42,381 nucleotides of DNA. Source: Candidatus Nanoarchaeia archaeon (GTDB lineage Archaea > Nanobdellota > Nanobdellia > Woesearchaeales > ARS49). This document shows positions 18,723 to 26,062 of the stretch, piece by piece; positions within the stretch are counted from its first letter, which is position 1, and every line of letters begins with the position of its first letter. The stretch spans positions 1 to 42,381 of the forward strand of contig JBGPHE010000002.1 in assembly GCA_041484255.1 (NCBI GenBank), in the 5' to 3' direction. The notes under the pieces are model-generated. The model was not told where the DNA came from. It made no database searches and saw only the letters and a list, made by a program, of their open reading frames with translations. Position numbers and translations under genes: made by a program.

Positions 18723-19034
18723 TCAGCCGAAGCGCTTTCTGATGTATTCCTGCTGCAAAAGCAGCGTGTAGATGAAGACTGCGATCACGACCAGCTCGAA
18801 CAGCGCGTTGATGTGGATCGGGATGTCGATGATTCCGATGGCACGCAGAATCGTCAGGAGTTCTTCAACGATGTACACGATGACCGCAAAGAAAAGCAAT
18901 TTCCACGGGAACAGGAAGACTCGCGCCTTGGGCTGGGTCTTGAACAGCGCGATAAAGAGCGCGACGACAACCGCGACCATCGCCAGGTTGTAGTACGGCG
19001 CGATCATGCCGAGCGCGACGCCGAAGTCGACCAT
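18723..19034 (-). CDS. Small (103 aa) three-TM membrane protein, paralog of the upstream gene.
   Basis: Three hydrophobic segments are visible. It shares the pattern FK..(5-7)..W..L.....VEE....L...GI with the adjacent gene. The start ATG overlaps the upstream stop (TAATG). Confidence 0.55.
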   Translation of the reverse strand: MVDFGVALGMIAPYYNLAMVAVVVALFIALFKTQPKARVFLFPWKLLFFAVIVYIVEELLTILRAIGIIDIPIHINALFELVVIAVFIYTLLLQQEYIRKRFG

Positions 19035-19336
19035 TAGTCAGCACCCCGCGTGACTTGAATCTGCACGATGAGTGCGGCGATGAGGAATGCGAGGATGATG
19101 CTGGGGATGACATGCGTGAGCCAGGGCGTGCTCCAGATGCCGAAGGTCTTCAGTGCGCCGACAAACTCCTCGACGCAGAAGAACACCAATGCCCAGAGCA
19201 GGTAGCGCCAGGCGCGGAGGCTCTTGCGCTCGCGGGCCTGCTTGAACATGCTGAACGCGATGCCGCCGGCGACGAACGAGAGGATGACTCCCGCGATCTG
19301 GCCGCTGCCGTAAATCCAGTCATACGTGGTCAGCAT
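19034..19336 (-). CDS. Small (100 aa) three-TM membrane protein, paralog of 18723-19034.
   Basis: I place the start at the internal ATG 19336 (MLTTYDWIYGSG...). The longer ORF-track N-terminus is Ser/Pro/Arg-rich and overlaps the divergent promoter region. A TATA-like GTTTAAATAG on the minus strand (19358-19368) lies ~27 nt upstream. Confidence 0.55.
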   Translation of the reverse strand: MLTTYDWIYGSGQIAGVILSFVAGGIAFSMFKQARERKSLRAWRYLLWALVFFCVEEFVGALKTFGIWSTPWLTHVIPSIILAFLIAALIVQIQVTRGAD

Positions 19337-19383
19337 ACCGCTCTTCGCGCCCAAGTCGCTATTTAAACTTTTCGGGACAGAAA

Positions 19384-19393
19384 GATTTATAGG
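19384..19393 (+). promoter_or_regulatory. TATA box (GATTTATAGG) for aglB. A second TATA (19358-19368) faces the minus-strand small membrane gene.
   Basis: The box centre is ~27 nt upstream of the ATG at 19416, matching the spacing seen at the other promoter calls listed here. Confidence 0.45.
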
Positions 19394-19415
19394 GGGCGTT
19401 TGCGCAGAAGCAGGC

Positions 19416-21386
19416 ATGGGACGGTGGCTGAATACAGAACGCCAGGCGATACTGCTCAGTCTCCTCATCATTCTCGCGGTCGGAGGCATCTCGCTGTGGC
19501 AGACGACTAAGCTGGCAGCCATCGACGACCAGGTCAGGCACGCATTGCCGGACGGCACGCCTGCCGAGCTGCAGGCCTTGACGCAGAACTATCAATCGCT
19601 CTACCGTACCGAGTACGGATTGCCGTACGTGTATGATTTTGACTCCTATTATTTCCTCGCGCAGGCGGCGGGAACGCTGCACCAGCCGTGGAACCTCTAT
19701 GTCGCGCTGGAAACTGAGGCATACCGCATCCTGCACGGCAGCAATGCGCTCGTAACCGCCTCTGACGCGGCATTCTTCCTGCCCTTTGTCTTCGGATTGC
19801 TCACACTGACTGCATTTTTCTTCCTTGCGCGCCGCGTGACCGGCAGCACCGAGGCTGCGTTCTTCGCAGGATTGATTCTTGCGCTCCAGCACCGCTTCTT
19901 TGCCGCGACTGCGGCAGGCATGGGCGACACGCAGGCCATCAATCTGCTGTTCAGCGTGCTGTTTGTGCTTATCGTCTTCGTCGCGATCGATGCGTGGCAC
20001 GCAAAGCAGCAGAAGAAAGCAAAAATCACTGCAGCGCTTGCGATTCTCGTGTTTGCGCTGTTCTCGCTTGCCTGGCACGGCGCGCCGTACATTCTTGTCG
20101 TTGTTGCAGCGGGAACAGCTGCACTGCTTGCGCTGCGCTGGCTGCACGACCGCACGAACAAGCGCTTGAGTGCAATGCTTATCGCAATTGTCGTCACTGC
20201 ATTGATCGCGTTTGCTTTCTTCTGGAAGCGCAACATCTGGTTTGTCCTGTTCCCGCAGCAGGGCGTGCTCACGCGGCAGGTTGCCGAGCTCATGCAGGGC
20301 ACGCTGCCATTGCTCGCGCTCGCGTTCGGCGGCAACGTGATGTTCGGCATCGCGCTCGTCGTATTTGCGCTGCTCGCGTGGCAGAATGTCAAGAAGTCGT
20401 CGTTCAAGCGCCTCACCATTCTTTCCTGGTTTGCGCTGCTGACGGTCGCAACCTACATTTCACTGCGATTCATGTACTACGCGCTTCCTCCTGCGGCGAT
20501 TCTTGCAGGCATCGGCTTCCAGCAGGCGTCGAAAGGCGTCCAAAGCATGGTTGGAAAGCAACGTTGGAAGCGCGCGGCAGTGTTCGCAAGCTGCGTCATC
20601 ATCATTGCGGCGCTGTTGATTCCCAATCTTCAGACATCGCAGCGCAATGTCCTGCCGCAGATGCAGGACGCGATGGTTTCTGTCGGCAGGGAGATCGACG
20701 CGCAGGCCTTGCCTGACGCACGCATCATCACGTGGTGGGATACCGGCCACTTGTGGCGCTATGCGGCAAAGCGCGAGCCGTTCCTCGACGGCAAGGGCTT
20801 GACGCCGCGCACGCTGTACTGGCTCACCGGCAGAGCATTCCTCACGCACAATGTCTCTGAAGCGCTGAACGCGTGGAGCGCGATGCTGTGCAACGCGCCG
20901 GAACAGCTGCAGCCGCGCCGCGGCGACACAACATTGCTTGCGCAGCGCGAGAATTGCAGCAATGAAGGCGTTATTGTTGTTGATGAACGCCTGTTGAAGG
21001 ACACGAACAACATCGCAGACCTCGTGCACGCGTACGATCCGCCGTTTTCCATAGGCTCGCTCGCCAATCTTGAGATGCAAAACTGCGCACGAACAGGAGA
21101 ACTGCTGGAATGCGGCAATCTGACGGTCAATTTCACGAGCATGAGCGCGAACGGCATGCCTGTGCGCGTCATCGTGAACGGAACGCGGCGCGAAACGCAG
21201 AATAACGCGACGAGCATTGTCGTCGTGTACACGTCCGGCAATGGCGCGTATGCGTTTGAGAGCCCGCGCGCGATGGCAGACACCGTGCTCGTGCGGTTGT
21301 TCACCGGAGAATCGCTTGGGTTGCTGCCGATTGCGGCCGCGGACGACCCTGAGCGCATCGTCGCGTACCGGTGGACGCCTTCGTAA
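19416..21386 (+). CDS. aglB: Archaeal oligosaccharyltransferase, STT3/AglB family (656 aa).
   Basis: The catalytic WWDxG motif is present as ITWWDTGHLWRY. The first-loop acidic motif is YVYDFDSYYF. The second acidic motif is AAGMGDTQA. About 13 hydrophobic helices are followed by a soluble C-terminal domain. The start is set at MGRWLNTERQ (19416), because the ORF-track start at 19326 overlaps the divergent gene and promoter. Confidence 0.85.
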   Translation: MGRWLNTERQAILLSLLIILAVGGISLWQTTKLAAIDDQVRHALPDGTPAELQALTQNYQSLYRTEYGLPYVYDFDSYYFLAQAAGTLHQPWNLYVALETEAYRILHGSNALVTASDAAFFLPFVFGLLTLTAFFFLARRVTGSTEAAFFAGLILALQHRFFAATAAGMGDTQAINLLFSVLFVLIVFVAIDAWHAKQQKKAKITAALAILVFALFSLAWHGAPYILVVVAAGTAALLALRWLHDRTNKRLSAMLIAIVVTALIAFAFFWKRNIWFVLFPQQGVLTRQVAELMQGTLPLLALAFGGNVMFGIALVVFALLAWQNVKKSSFKRLTILSWFALLTVATYISLRFMYYALPPAAILAGIGFQQASKGVQSMVGKQRWKRAAVFASCVIIIAALLIPNLQTSQRNVLPQMQDAMVSVGREIDAQALPDARIITWWDTGHLWRYAAKREPFLDGKGLTPRTLYWLTGRAFLTHNVSEALNAWSAMLCNAPEQLQPRRGDTTLLAQRENCSNEGVIVVDERLLKDTNNIADLVHAYDPPFSIGSLANLEMQNCARTGELLECGNLTVNFTSMSANGMPVRVIVNGTRRETQNNATSIVVVYTSGNGAYAFESPRAMADTVLVRLFTGESLGLLPIAAADDPERIVAYRWTPS

Positions 21387-21411
21387 ACAAGAAACGCTTT
21401 TATACTCGAAA

Positions 21412-21996
21412 ATGCGCGTGTTCTGTATGAACCAGCGCACGCGCGAACTCTGGAGAAAAGCCGCACATATCGTTATCGGCACGTTCTGCCTCGGGGCTGC
21501 AGTATTTATCGAACAGCATCACGGCTGGGCTGCGCTTGAGCTCACGCTTGCGTGCGTTCTTGCCGTTCTCGTACTCGCAGACGTCCTTATCGCAGATTAT
21601 GGCTGGAAGCTGCCGTTGTATCACCACTTGCAGCGGCCGCACGAGACTGAAGGATTGCACACTGCAACGCTTTCCGTGCTCAGCGCCATTGTCGTAATCA
21701 AGCTGTTTTCCATTCCCGTGGCGATTGCCGCCATCGCGATGCTGATTTATGGCGACTCGGCAGCGGCGATTGCAGGAGCATACGCGCGTTCGCGCAAAAA
21801 GGTTGCCGCGCCGCGCATTGCCGCGATGTTTATCGTGAGTGCATTGATCGGCGTCTACGCGCTGGGCTGGCAAGTCGGCGTCGGCATGGCGATTGTCGCG
21901 ACGGTTGCCGAGTGCTGGACCAAGAAAATCGACGACGCAGTCACGATTCCGATTCTCGCAGGGCTGGCGGGCCAGCTTTTGCTGCATTTCTTATAG
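21412..21996 (+). CDS. Polyprenol (dolichol/phytol) kinase-like integral membrane protein, CTP-dependent cytidylyltransferase-fold family.
   Basis: It reads WRKAAHIVIGTF...LIYGDSAAAIAGAYARSRK...VAECWTKKIDDAV with 5-6 TM helices. The TATA TTTTATAC at ~21393-21400 suggests the second ATG at 21427 may be the true leaderless start. The family assignment rests on motif pattern only. Confidence 0.55.
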   Translation: MRVFCMNQRTRELWRKAAHIVIGTFCLGAAVFIEQHHGWAALELTLACVLAVLVLADVLIADYGWKLPLYHHLQRPHETEGLHTATLSVLSAIVVIKLFSIPVAIAAIAMLIYGDSAAAIAGAYARSRKKVAAPRIAAMFIVSALIGVYALGWQVGVGMAIVATVAECWTKKIDDAVTIPILAGLAGQLLLHFL

Positions 21997-22428
21997 AACA
22001 TACTGCGCGACTGCCGCGATTGCGAAGAACAGCACGCCCAGAATAACCGAATCGCGCATTCCGTTCTTGCGTTGCGTGAGCCGCGATCCTTGCGGGAGCC
22101 CGTGCAGGAAGCACGCGACTGCGCTGAGGAACGCCAATTGCGTTGTCTGCGCAAACGCGAACGTCAGCGCAAGCAGTCCTTGGGCAAGCCACGCGTTTCT
22201 GAACGGCGTGTACACGAGATACGCGAAAATAACCGTCAATCCGACAACGACGTGCCACAGCGACTGCTTGAACGCGAACAGAAAGACCGCGAAAGCGGCG
22301 ACAAACAGCGCGTGTTGAACGAAAACAAAGTATTTCTTGCCGGGCGCGAGCTCTTCTTTCGTGAATCTGCCGAGAATAAAGCCGGTGAGCGTGCCGAGCG
22401 CGGCAATGGCTGCCGCGAGCAGGCTCAT
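21991..22428 (-). CDS. Hypothetical multi-TM membrane protein (~145 aa).
   Basis: The product MSLLAAAIAALGTLTGFILG... contains 4-5 hydrophobic helices. Its ATG at 22428 overlaps the TGA of the upstream Dph2-fragment gene (ATGA). Confidence 0.5.
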   Translation of the reverse strand: MSLLAAAIAALGTLTGFILGRFTKEELAPGKKYFVFVQHALFVAAFAVFLFAFKQSLWHVVVGLTVIFAYLVYTPFRNAWLAQGLLALTFAFAQTTQLAFLSAVACFLHGLPQGSRLTQRKNGMRDSVILGVLFFAIAAVAQYVL

Positions 22429-22679
22429 GCTTCCCATGCGCTGTGCCCCCATTGCACAAGTAGGTCGACGTTCAGCTCCTTGACGACCATCGGGATGTCG
22501 CACGCGCCGTAGCACGAGCCCATCCAGATGAGCACGTTCGCGCCGGTGCGCTTCTCGAGCTCGTCCGCGATGCGCTTGGCTTCGGGCTTGAGCCCGTCAG
22601 GTAGCTGGATGCAGACCAGTTTTGCCTTGCTTTTCTGGATTTCGTCCGCGACGCGTTCCAATTCCAAATCGTATTCCAT
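22425..22679 (-). CDS. dph2: Dph2 (2-(3-amino-3-carboxypropyl)histidine synthase) N-terminal fragment, only 84 aa. It is either half of a split gene or a truncated remnant.
   Basis: MEYDLELERVADEIQKSKAKLVCIQLPDGLKPEAKRIADELEKRTGANVLIWMGSCYGACDIPMVVKELNVDLLVQWGHSAW matches the first ~80 residues of archaeal Dph2 (...LIQxPEGL...YGACD...LIHxGHS), which is normally ~330-340 aa. The ATG lies 3 nt beyond the tRNA-Asn 3' end. Confidence 0.6.
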   Translation of the reverse strand: MEYDLELERVADEIQKSKAKLVCIQLPDGLKPEAKRIADELEKRTGANVLIWMGSCYGACDIPMVVKELNVDLLVQWGHSAWEA

Positions 22680-22681
22680 AA

Positions 22682-22755
22682 CGGGTCTGGCCAGATTTGA
22701 ACTGGCGACCTGTCGGTTAACAGCCGACCGCTCCACCGGGCTAAGCTACAGACCC
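22682..22755 (-). tRNA. tRNA-Asn (anticodon GTT), no encoded CCA.
   Basis: The minus-strand sequence GGGTCTGTAGCTTAGCCCGGTGGAGCGGTCGGCTGTTAACCGACAGGTCGCCAGTTCAAATCTGGCCAGACCC(G) folds as a cloverleaf. The acceptor is GGGTCTG/CAGACCC, the anticodon stem is GTCGG/CCGAC, the anticodon loop is CTGTTAA, and the T arm is GCCAG-TTCAAAT-CTGGC. Confidence 0.9.
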
Positions 22756-22812
22756 ACGTACCGAGAATAAGTCAAAGGTGCAGTTAAAAAGCTTTTGTTG
22801 CGCGCGGAGAAT

Positions 22813-23886
22813 TCAGCACGTGCGCGCGTAATTGTTGATGGCGGTGCGGAATGCGTCGGTCTCTTTCGCGGCGATGCTCGCAAGCAGCTGCTCGATGCCG
22901 ATGAGGATGCCGTCCACGGCGGTCTTGCCGTGCCCTTTGAACACCGGCTTTTCGCTGCACGGGAAGGTCGCGACTCCGTACTGCGCGGCCCTGGCCTTGA
23001 CGCGGTGGCCTGCGCTGCGCATCATTGCGCCGCCGATTTTCTCCCAGGGCTTGCCGCGCTTAATCTCGTATTTGAGCTCCTCGAACGCGTATTTCGCGGC
23101 CGCGGAAAAGAGCTTGATGAACTGGTTGCCCTGCCTGCCGTCGGTGACGATGACGTCGACGGGGCGGGAATCGTGCATGCCGTTGTCCCGGTCGTAGATG
23201 CACGGCTCGGGCTCGACATTGCCGATAAAGCGGTCGGCGAGCTCGGGAACGTCCTTGGCGTCGGGGAACTGCGCCGCAAGCCGCTTGTACGCCTCCTGCT
23301 CTTCCGGCGTTCCCTTATTGCTTTCCACGCCGATGTTCAGCAGGCCGATCCGGACAGACAAGCGCTTGCCGACCGCGCGCGCGTACATCCTGCCGATGTG
23401 CGCATAGGCGACGTAATTGTCCGCGCTGATTTCCGGAACCGCGCCGACGTCGAGCATGTACGCGGAATCGTGCTTCGCGGTGTCGCGGGACTTGGGAGTG
23501 GCCGCAAGGAGCGGCATGAGCTTGAGGCTCGGGAACGCGTACGCGCATGCCTCGAAGGGCTTGATGTATTTGTGCACGCACGGCACGAGCGTGTCGGTTT
23601 TCGAGAGCGTGTAGAATCCTGCGAGGTCGCCTTCCGCAGTCATTTGAGCGAGCTTTTTGGTCGCGCCGTATTTGGCGTCGTCGCCCTGGACAAGGGTGAT
23701 GTTGTGGCGCTGAGGAAGAAGATTCTGCAGGGTGAACGGATTGCCGACCACGAAGAATGCGGTGTCCTGGTGCAGGCCTGCCGCGACCCGGACCGCATGG
23801 GCGACGCGCTCAGGGGGCAGAACGCCATTATGCGGGTCGCCGCCGTATGCATCTACCCCAACAATCGTGTCAATGCCCATCGCCAC
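22813..23886 (-). CDS. plsX: PlsX-like phosphate acyltransferase family protein (PTA/PTB superfamily), 357 aa.
   Basis: The blocks are colinear with bacterial PlsX: VGVDAYGGD (cf. AVDAMGGD), MLDVGAV (LLDVGAN), IGLLNIGVESNKG (VGLLNVGTEDKKG), FIGNVEPEP (FIGNVEARD), DVIVTDGRQGNQFIK (DVVVTDGFTGNVTLK) and FKGHGKT (IKAHGSS). A TATA CCTTAATAAAG on the minus strand lies ~28 nt upstream of the ATG at 23886. Confidence 0.7.
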   Translation of the reverse strand: MAMGIDTIVGVDAYGGDPHNGVLPPERVAHAVRVAAGLHQDTAFFVVGNPFTLQNLLPQRHNITLVQGDDAKYGATKKLAQMTAEGDLAGFYTLSKTDTLVPCVHKYIKPFEACAYAFPSLKLMPLLAATPKSRDTAKHDSAYMLDVGAVPEISADNYVAYAHIGRMYARAVGKRLSVRIGLLNIGVESNKGTPEEQEAYKRLAAQFPDAKDVPELADRFIGNVEPEPCIYDRDNGMHDSRPVDVIVTDGRQGNQFIKLFSAAAKYAFEELKYEIKRGKPWEKIGGAMMRSAGHRVKARAAQYGVATFPCSEKPVFKGHGKTAVDGILIGIEQLLASIAAKETDAFRTAINNYARTC

Positions 23887-23947
23887 TCACAGGACAGCTG
23901 CTGAAAAGGTCTTTATTAAGGTGGTGACACAGGGAAAGAAGAAAAAA

Positions 23948-24021
23948 TGGCCCAGCTCGGAGTTGAACCGAGGACCGCTCGATTATCAGTCGAGTGCTCC
24001 ACCTGGCTGAGCTACTGGGCC
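23948..24021 (-). tRNA. tRNA-Ile (anticodon GAT), no encoded CCA.
   Basis: The minus-strand sequence is GGCCCAGTAGCTCAGCCAGGTGGAGCACTCGACTGATAATCGAGCGGTCCTCGGTTCAACTCCGAGCTGGGCC(A). All four stems pair canonically and the anticodon loop is CTGATAA. Confidence 0.9.
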
Positions 24022-24047
24022 GAGATAGACGAGAGGACTCCAGATGG

Positions 24048-24060
24048 TTTTTTAAACTTA
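24048..24060. promoter_or_regulatory. Shared bidirectional TATA element (TTTTTTAAACTTA) between tRNA-Ile (minus) and the Hel308 fragment (plus).
   Basis: The centre lies ~26 nt from the ATG at 24080 and ~33 nt from the tRNA 5' end at 24021. An in-frame TAA at 24053-24055 prevents any N-terminal extension of the helicase ORF. Confidence 0.5.
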
Positions 24061-24079
24061 TGCATCCTCTGCGGTTCCA

Positions 24080-25609
24080 ATGGGGAAGGTCGTTCAAGTC
24101 GAGCCGAAGGCGGCAGAGCCTACGCTGAATCTTGCGCTGGACACGCTCGCCAAGGGCAAGCAGGCGTTTGTGTTCGTGAATACGAAGCGCTCTGCGGAAA
24201 AGACTGCAGAGGACATCGCCAAAAAGGCGAAGATGGAGACCGAGCACACGCGCGAGCTCTCCGAGCAGGTGCTGAAAGCGCTGCAAAAACCGACCCAGCA
24301 GTGCGAGCGGCTCTCGCGCTGCGTCAAACAAGGCATCGCGTTCCACCACGCAGGCTTGCATGCCCGCCAAAAGGAGCTGATCGAGGACCATTTCCGCAAC
24401 GGCACCATCAAAATCATCTGCTGCACGCCGACGCTGGCCGCGGGCGTCGACTTGCCCGCATTCCGCACCATTATCCGCGACGTGAAGCGCTTCTCGGGCC
24501 ACGGCATGGTGGACATTCCCGTGCTCGAATTCTTACAAATGGCAGGCCGCGCAGGCAGGCCGAGCTTTGACCCGTACGGCGAGGCTATTCTCGTCGCGTC
24601 GAGCGACGCCGAGAAGGACGCATTGTTCGAGCATTACGTGCACGGGCTTCCCGAAGACATCTATTCCAAGCTTGCCGTCGAGCCCGTGCTGCGAACATAC
24701 GTGCTCTCGCTCATCGCCGCAAAGGTCGTGCAGTCGCGCGAGCAGATTTTCGAGTTCTTCGGCCGCACGTTCTGGGCGCACCAGTTCAAGGATGTTGAAA
24801 AGCTCGGCAAGATCATCGAGAAAATGCTGAAACTGCTGGAAGACTGGGAATTCGTCGGCAAGACTGACGATTCCTACCGCGCGACCCTGCTCGGCAAGCG
24901 CATCGCCGAGCTCTATATCGACCCGCTCACGGCGCACCAGTTCGTCATCGCATTGGAACGGACAGTGGCGCTGAAGCAGCGGCCGATGTCGTGGCTGCAT
25001 TTGATCGCCTGCACGTTGGAGATGCGTCCGCAGTTGCGCGTGCGCGCCAAGGAATATGATGAGGTTCAGGAAAAGCTCGCGCAGTACGGCAATTCGCTGC
25101 TGCTGCCCGAACCGTCGATGTTCGAGCCTGAATTCGACGATTATCTGAACGGCTTCAAGACCGCGCTGATGCTGCAGGACTGGACTGAGGAAAAGGACGA
25201 GGAATACTTGTACGAGCACTACGATGTCCGCCCCGGAGAGACGCGCGCCAAGCTCACGACGGGCGATTGGCTGCTGTACGGTCTCGGCGAAGTCGCCCGT
25301 ATCAGGCAGCAGATGGAATTGCTCAAGGATATTCAGCGCATCCGCTATCGTCTGCGCTACGGCGTCAAGGAAGAGTTGCTCGCGTTACTGCGTCTTGAAG
25401 GCATCGGACGTATGAGGGCGCGCACGCTGTTCAAGGCAGGGATCAAGGACTTGGGCGACGTCAGAAAGGCGCAGCTGGGCTCATTGGAGCAGCTGCTCGG
25501 CAAGAAGATCGCGGCAAGCATCAAAAAGCAGGTCGGCGAGGACGTTCCTGATATCGAGGAACTGCCTGAGCCGTCGGCAAACAAGTTCGCGCAGTATGAG
25601 AAGGAATAA
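24080..25609 (+). CDS. hel308: Ski2-like/Hel308-family helicase C-terminal part (RecA2, winged helix, ratchet, HhH), 509 aa. It lacks the RecA1 ATPase half.
   Basis: Motif IV-like FVFVNTKRSAEKTA, motif V CCTPTLAAGVDLPAFRTII and motif VI QMAGRAGRPSFDPYGEAILV are present. A C-terminal HhH-like LEGIGRMRARTLFKAGI is also present. No Walker A (GKT) or DExH motif is found, because the protein begins about where RecA2 starts in full-length (~700 aa) Hel308. Confidence 0.85.
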   Translation: MGKVVQVEPKAAEPTLNLALDTLAKGKQAFVFVNTKRSAEKTAEDIAKKAKMETEHTRELSEQVLKALQKPTQQCERLSRCVKQGIAFHHAGLHARQKELIEDHFRNGTIKIICCTPTLAAGVDLPAFRTIIRDVKRFSGHGMVDIPVLEFLQMAGRAGRPSFDPYGEAILVASSDAEKDALFEHYVHGLPEDIYSKLAVEPVLRTYVLSLIAAKVVQSREQIFEFFGRTFWAHQFKDVEKLGKIIEKMLKLLEDWEFVGKTDDSYRATLLGKRIAELYIDPLTAHQFVIALERTVALKQRPMSWLHLIACTLEMRPQLRVRAKEYDEVQEKLAQYGNSLLLPEPSMFEPEFDDYLNGFKTALMLQDWTEEKDEEYLYEHYDVRPGETRAKLTTGDWLLYGLGEVARIRQQMELLKDIQRIRYRLRYGVKEELLALLRLEGIGRMRARTLFKAGIKDLGDVRKAQLGSLEQLLGKKIAASIKKQVGEDVPDIEELPEPSANKFAQYEKE

Positions 25610-26062
25610 TCAGATCAGCTTTTTCTCGAGCTCGCCGAGCACGTGAATCGGAGTGACGGCTGCGCTCGGCTCGAAGCTGATGGCGGCCAAGCGCGCGCCC
25701 TTAAAGTGGTTGATAACCAGGTGGTCGTACAGGCGCTGCTGCAGCTGCAGGCAGTCGCTGTTATTGGCGAAGCGAAGCAGGAGGTAGAAGCGCCCTTCCT
25801 CGCGCGCCTTGATGTCCATGCTCATCTCGCCAGCCTCGGTAGGAATCGTGATGCCGTCGATGAATCCCTTGACTCCCGCGACCATCAGCTTCTGCTCGTT
25901 TTGAGAAGCGCGCTCATACCGCTCGCCCAAATCGAGCAGCGCCGTGCCGAAGGGCTTCTTGGCGCGCGTTGCTTTGCCGATATAGAGCGGGAGCTTCTCG
26001 TTCCTGAAGCATTCTCCGGTTACGTACAGCGTTTCGCGGTCCGTCGAGGGTTCGGGATTCAT
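25610..26062 (-). CDS. Hypothetical 150-aa soluble protein, translationally coupled to the upstream GGDEF gene.
   Basis: Its ATG at 26062 overlaps the TGA of the GGDEF gene (ATGA). I recognise no motif in the product. Composition is ordinary, unlike the antisense artefact ORFs. Confidence 0.55.
   Translation of the reverse strand: MNPEPSTDRETLYVTGECFRNEKLPLYIGKATRAKKPFGTALLDLGERYERASQNEQKLMVAGVKGFIDGITIPTEAGEMSMDIKAREEGRFYLLLRFANNSDCLQLQQRLYDHLVINHFKGARLAAISFEPSAAVTPIHVLGELEKKLI

Noticed and set aside
19326-19415. Upstream ORF-track starts for aglB (19326), the kinase-like gene (21217), dph5 (32301), rmlA (35204), the PAP2 gene (36515) and the hypothetical gene (32993).
   Set aside because: Each extension overlaps a neighbouring gene or promoter and encodes atypical Arg/Ser/Cys-rich sequence. 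In each case an internal start codon sits ~26 nt downstream of a TATA box or in a stop/start overlap.
22680-22736. N-terminal extensions of ORF-track entries that run through tRNA genes: 22425-22736 through tRNA-Asn, and 26059-27285 through tRNA-Arg.
   Set aside because: The extended residues are just translations of tRNA sequence. Internal ATGs (22679 and 27174) begin the recognisable protein, and in the GGDEF case a TATA sits 29 nt upstream.
22795-23904. 369-aa plus-strand ORF opposite the PlsX-like gene.
   Set aside because: Its composition is Arg/Ala/Val/Asp-rich with no recognisable motif. The minus-strand frame shows six colinear PlsX blocks and a correctly spaced TATA.
22682-24021. 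The tRNA-Asn ... plsX ... tRNA-Ile segment as an integrated mobile element or genomic islet.
   Set aside because: I could find no integrase or transposase gene, no partial tRNA duplication (att-like direct repeat) and no obvious composition shift. Rearrangement or split genes remain possible and are reported as findings, but a mobile element is not supported.
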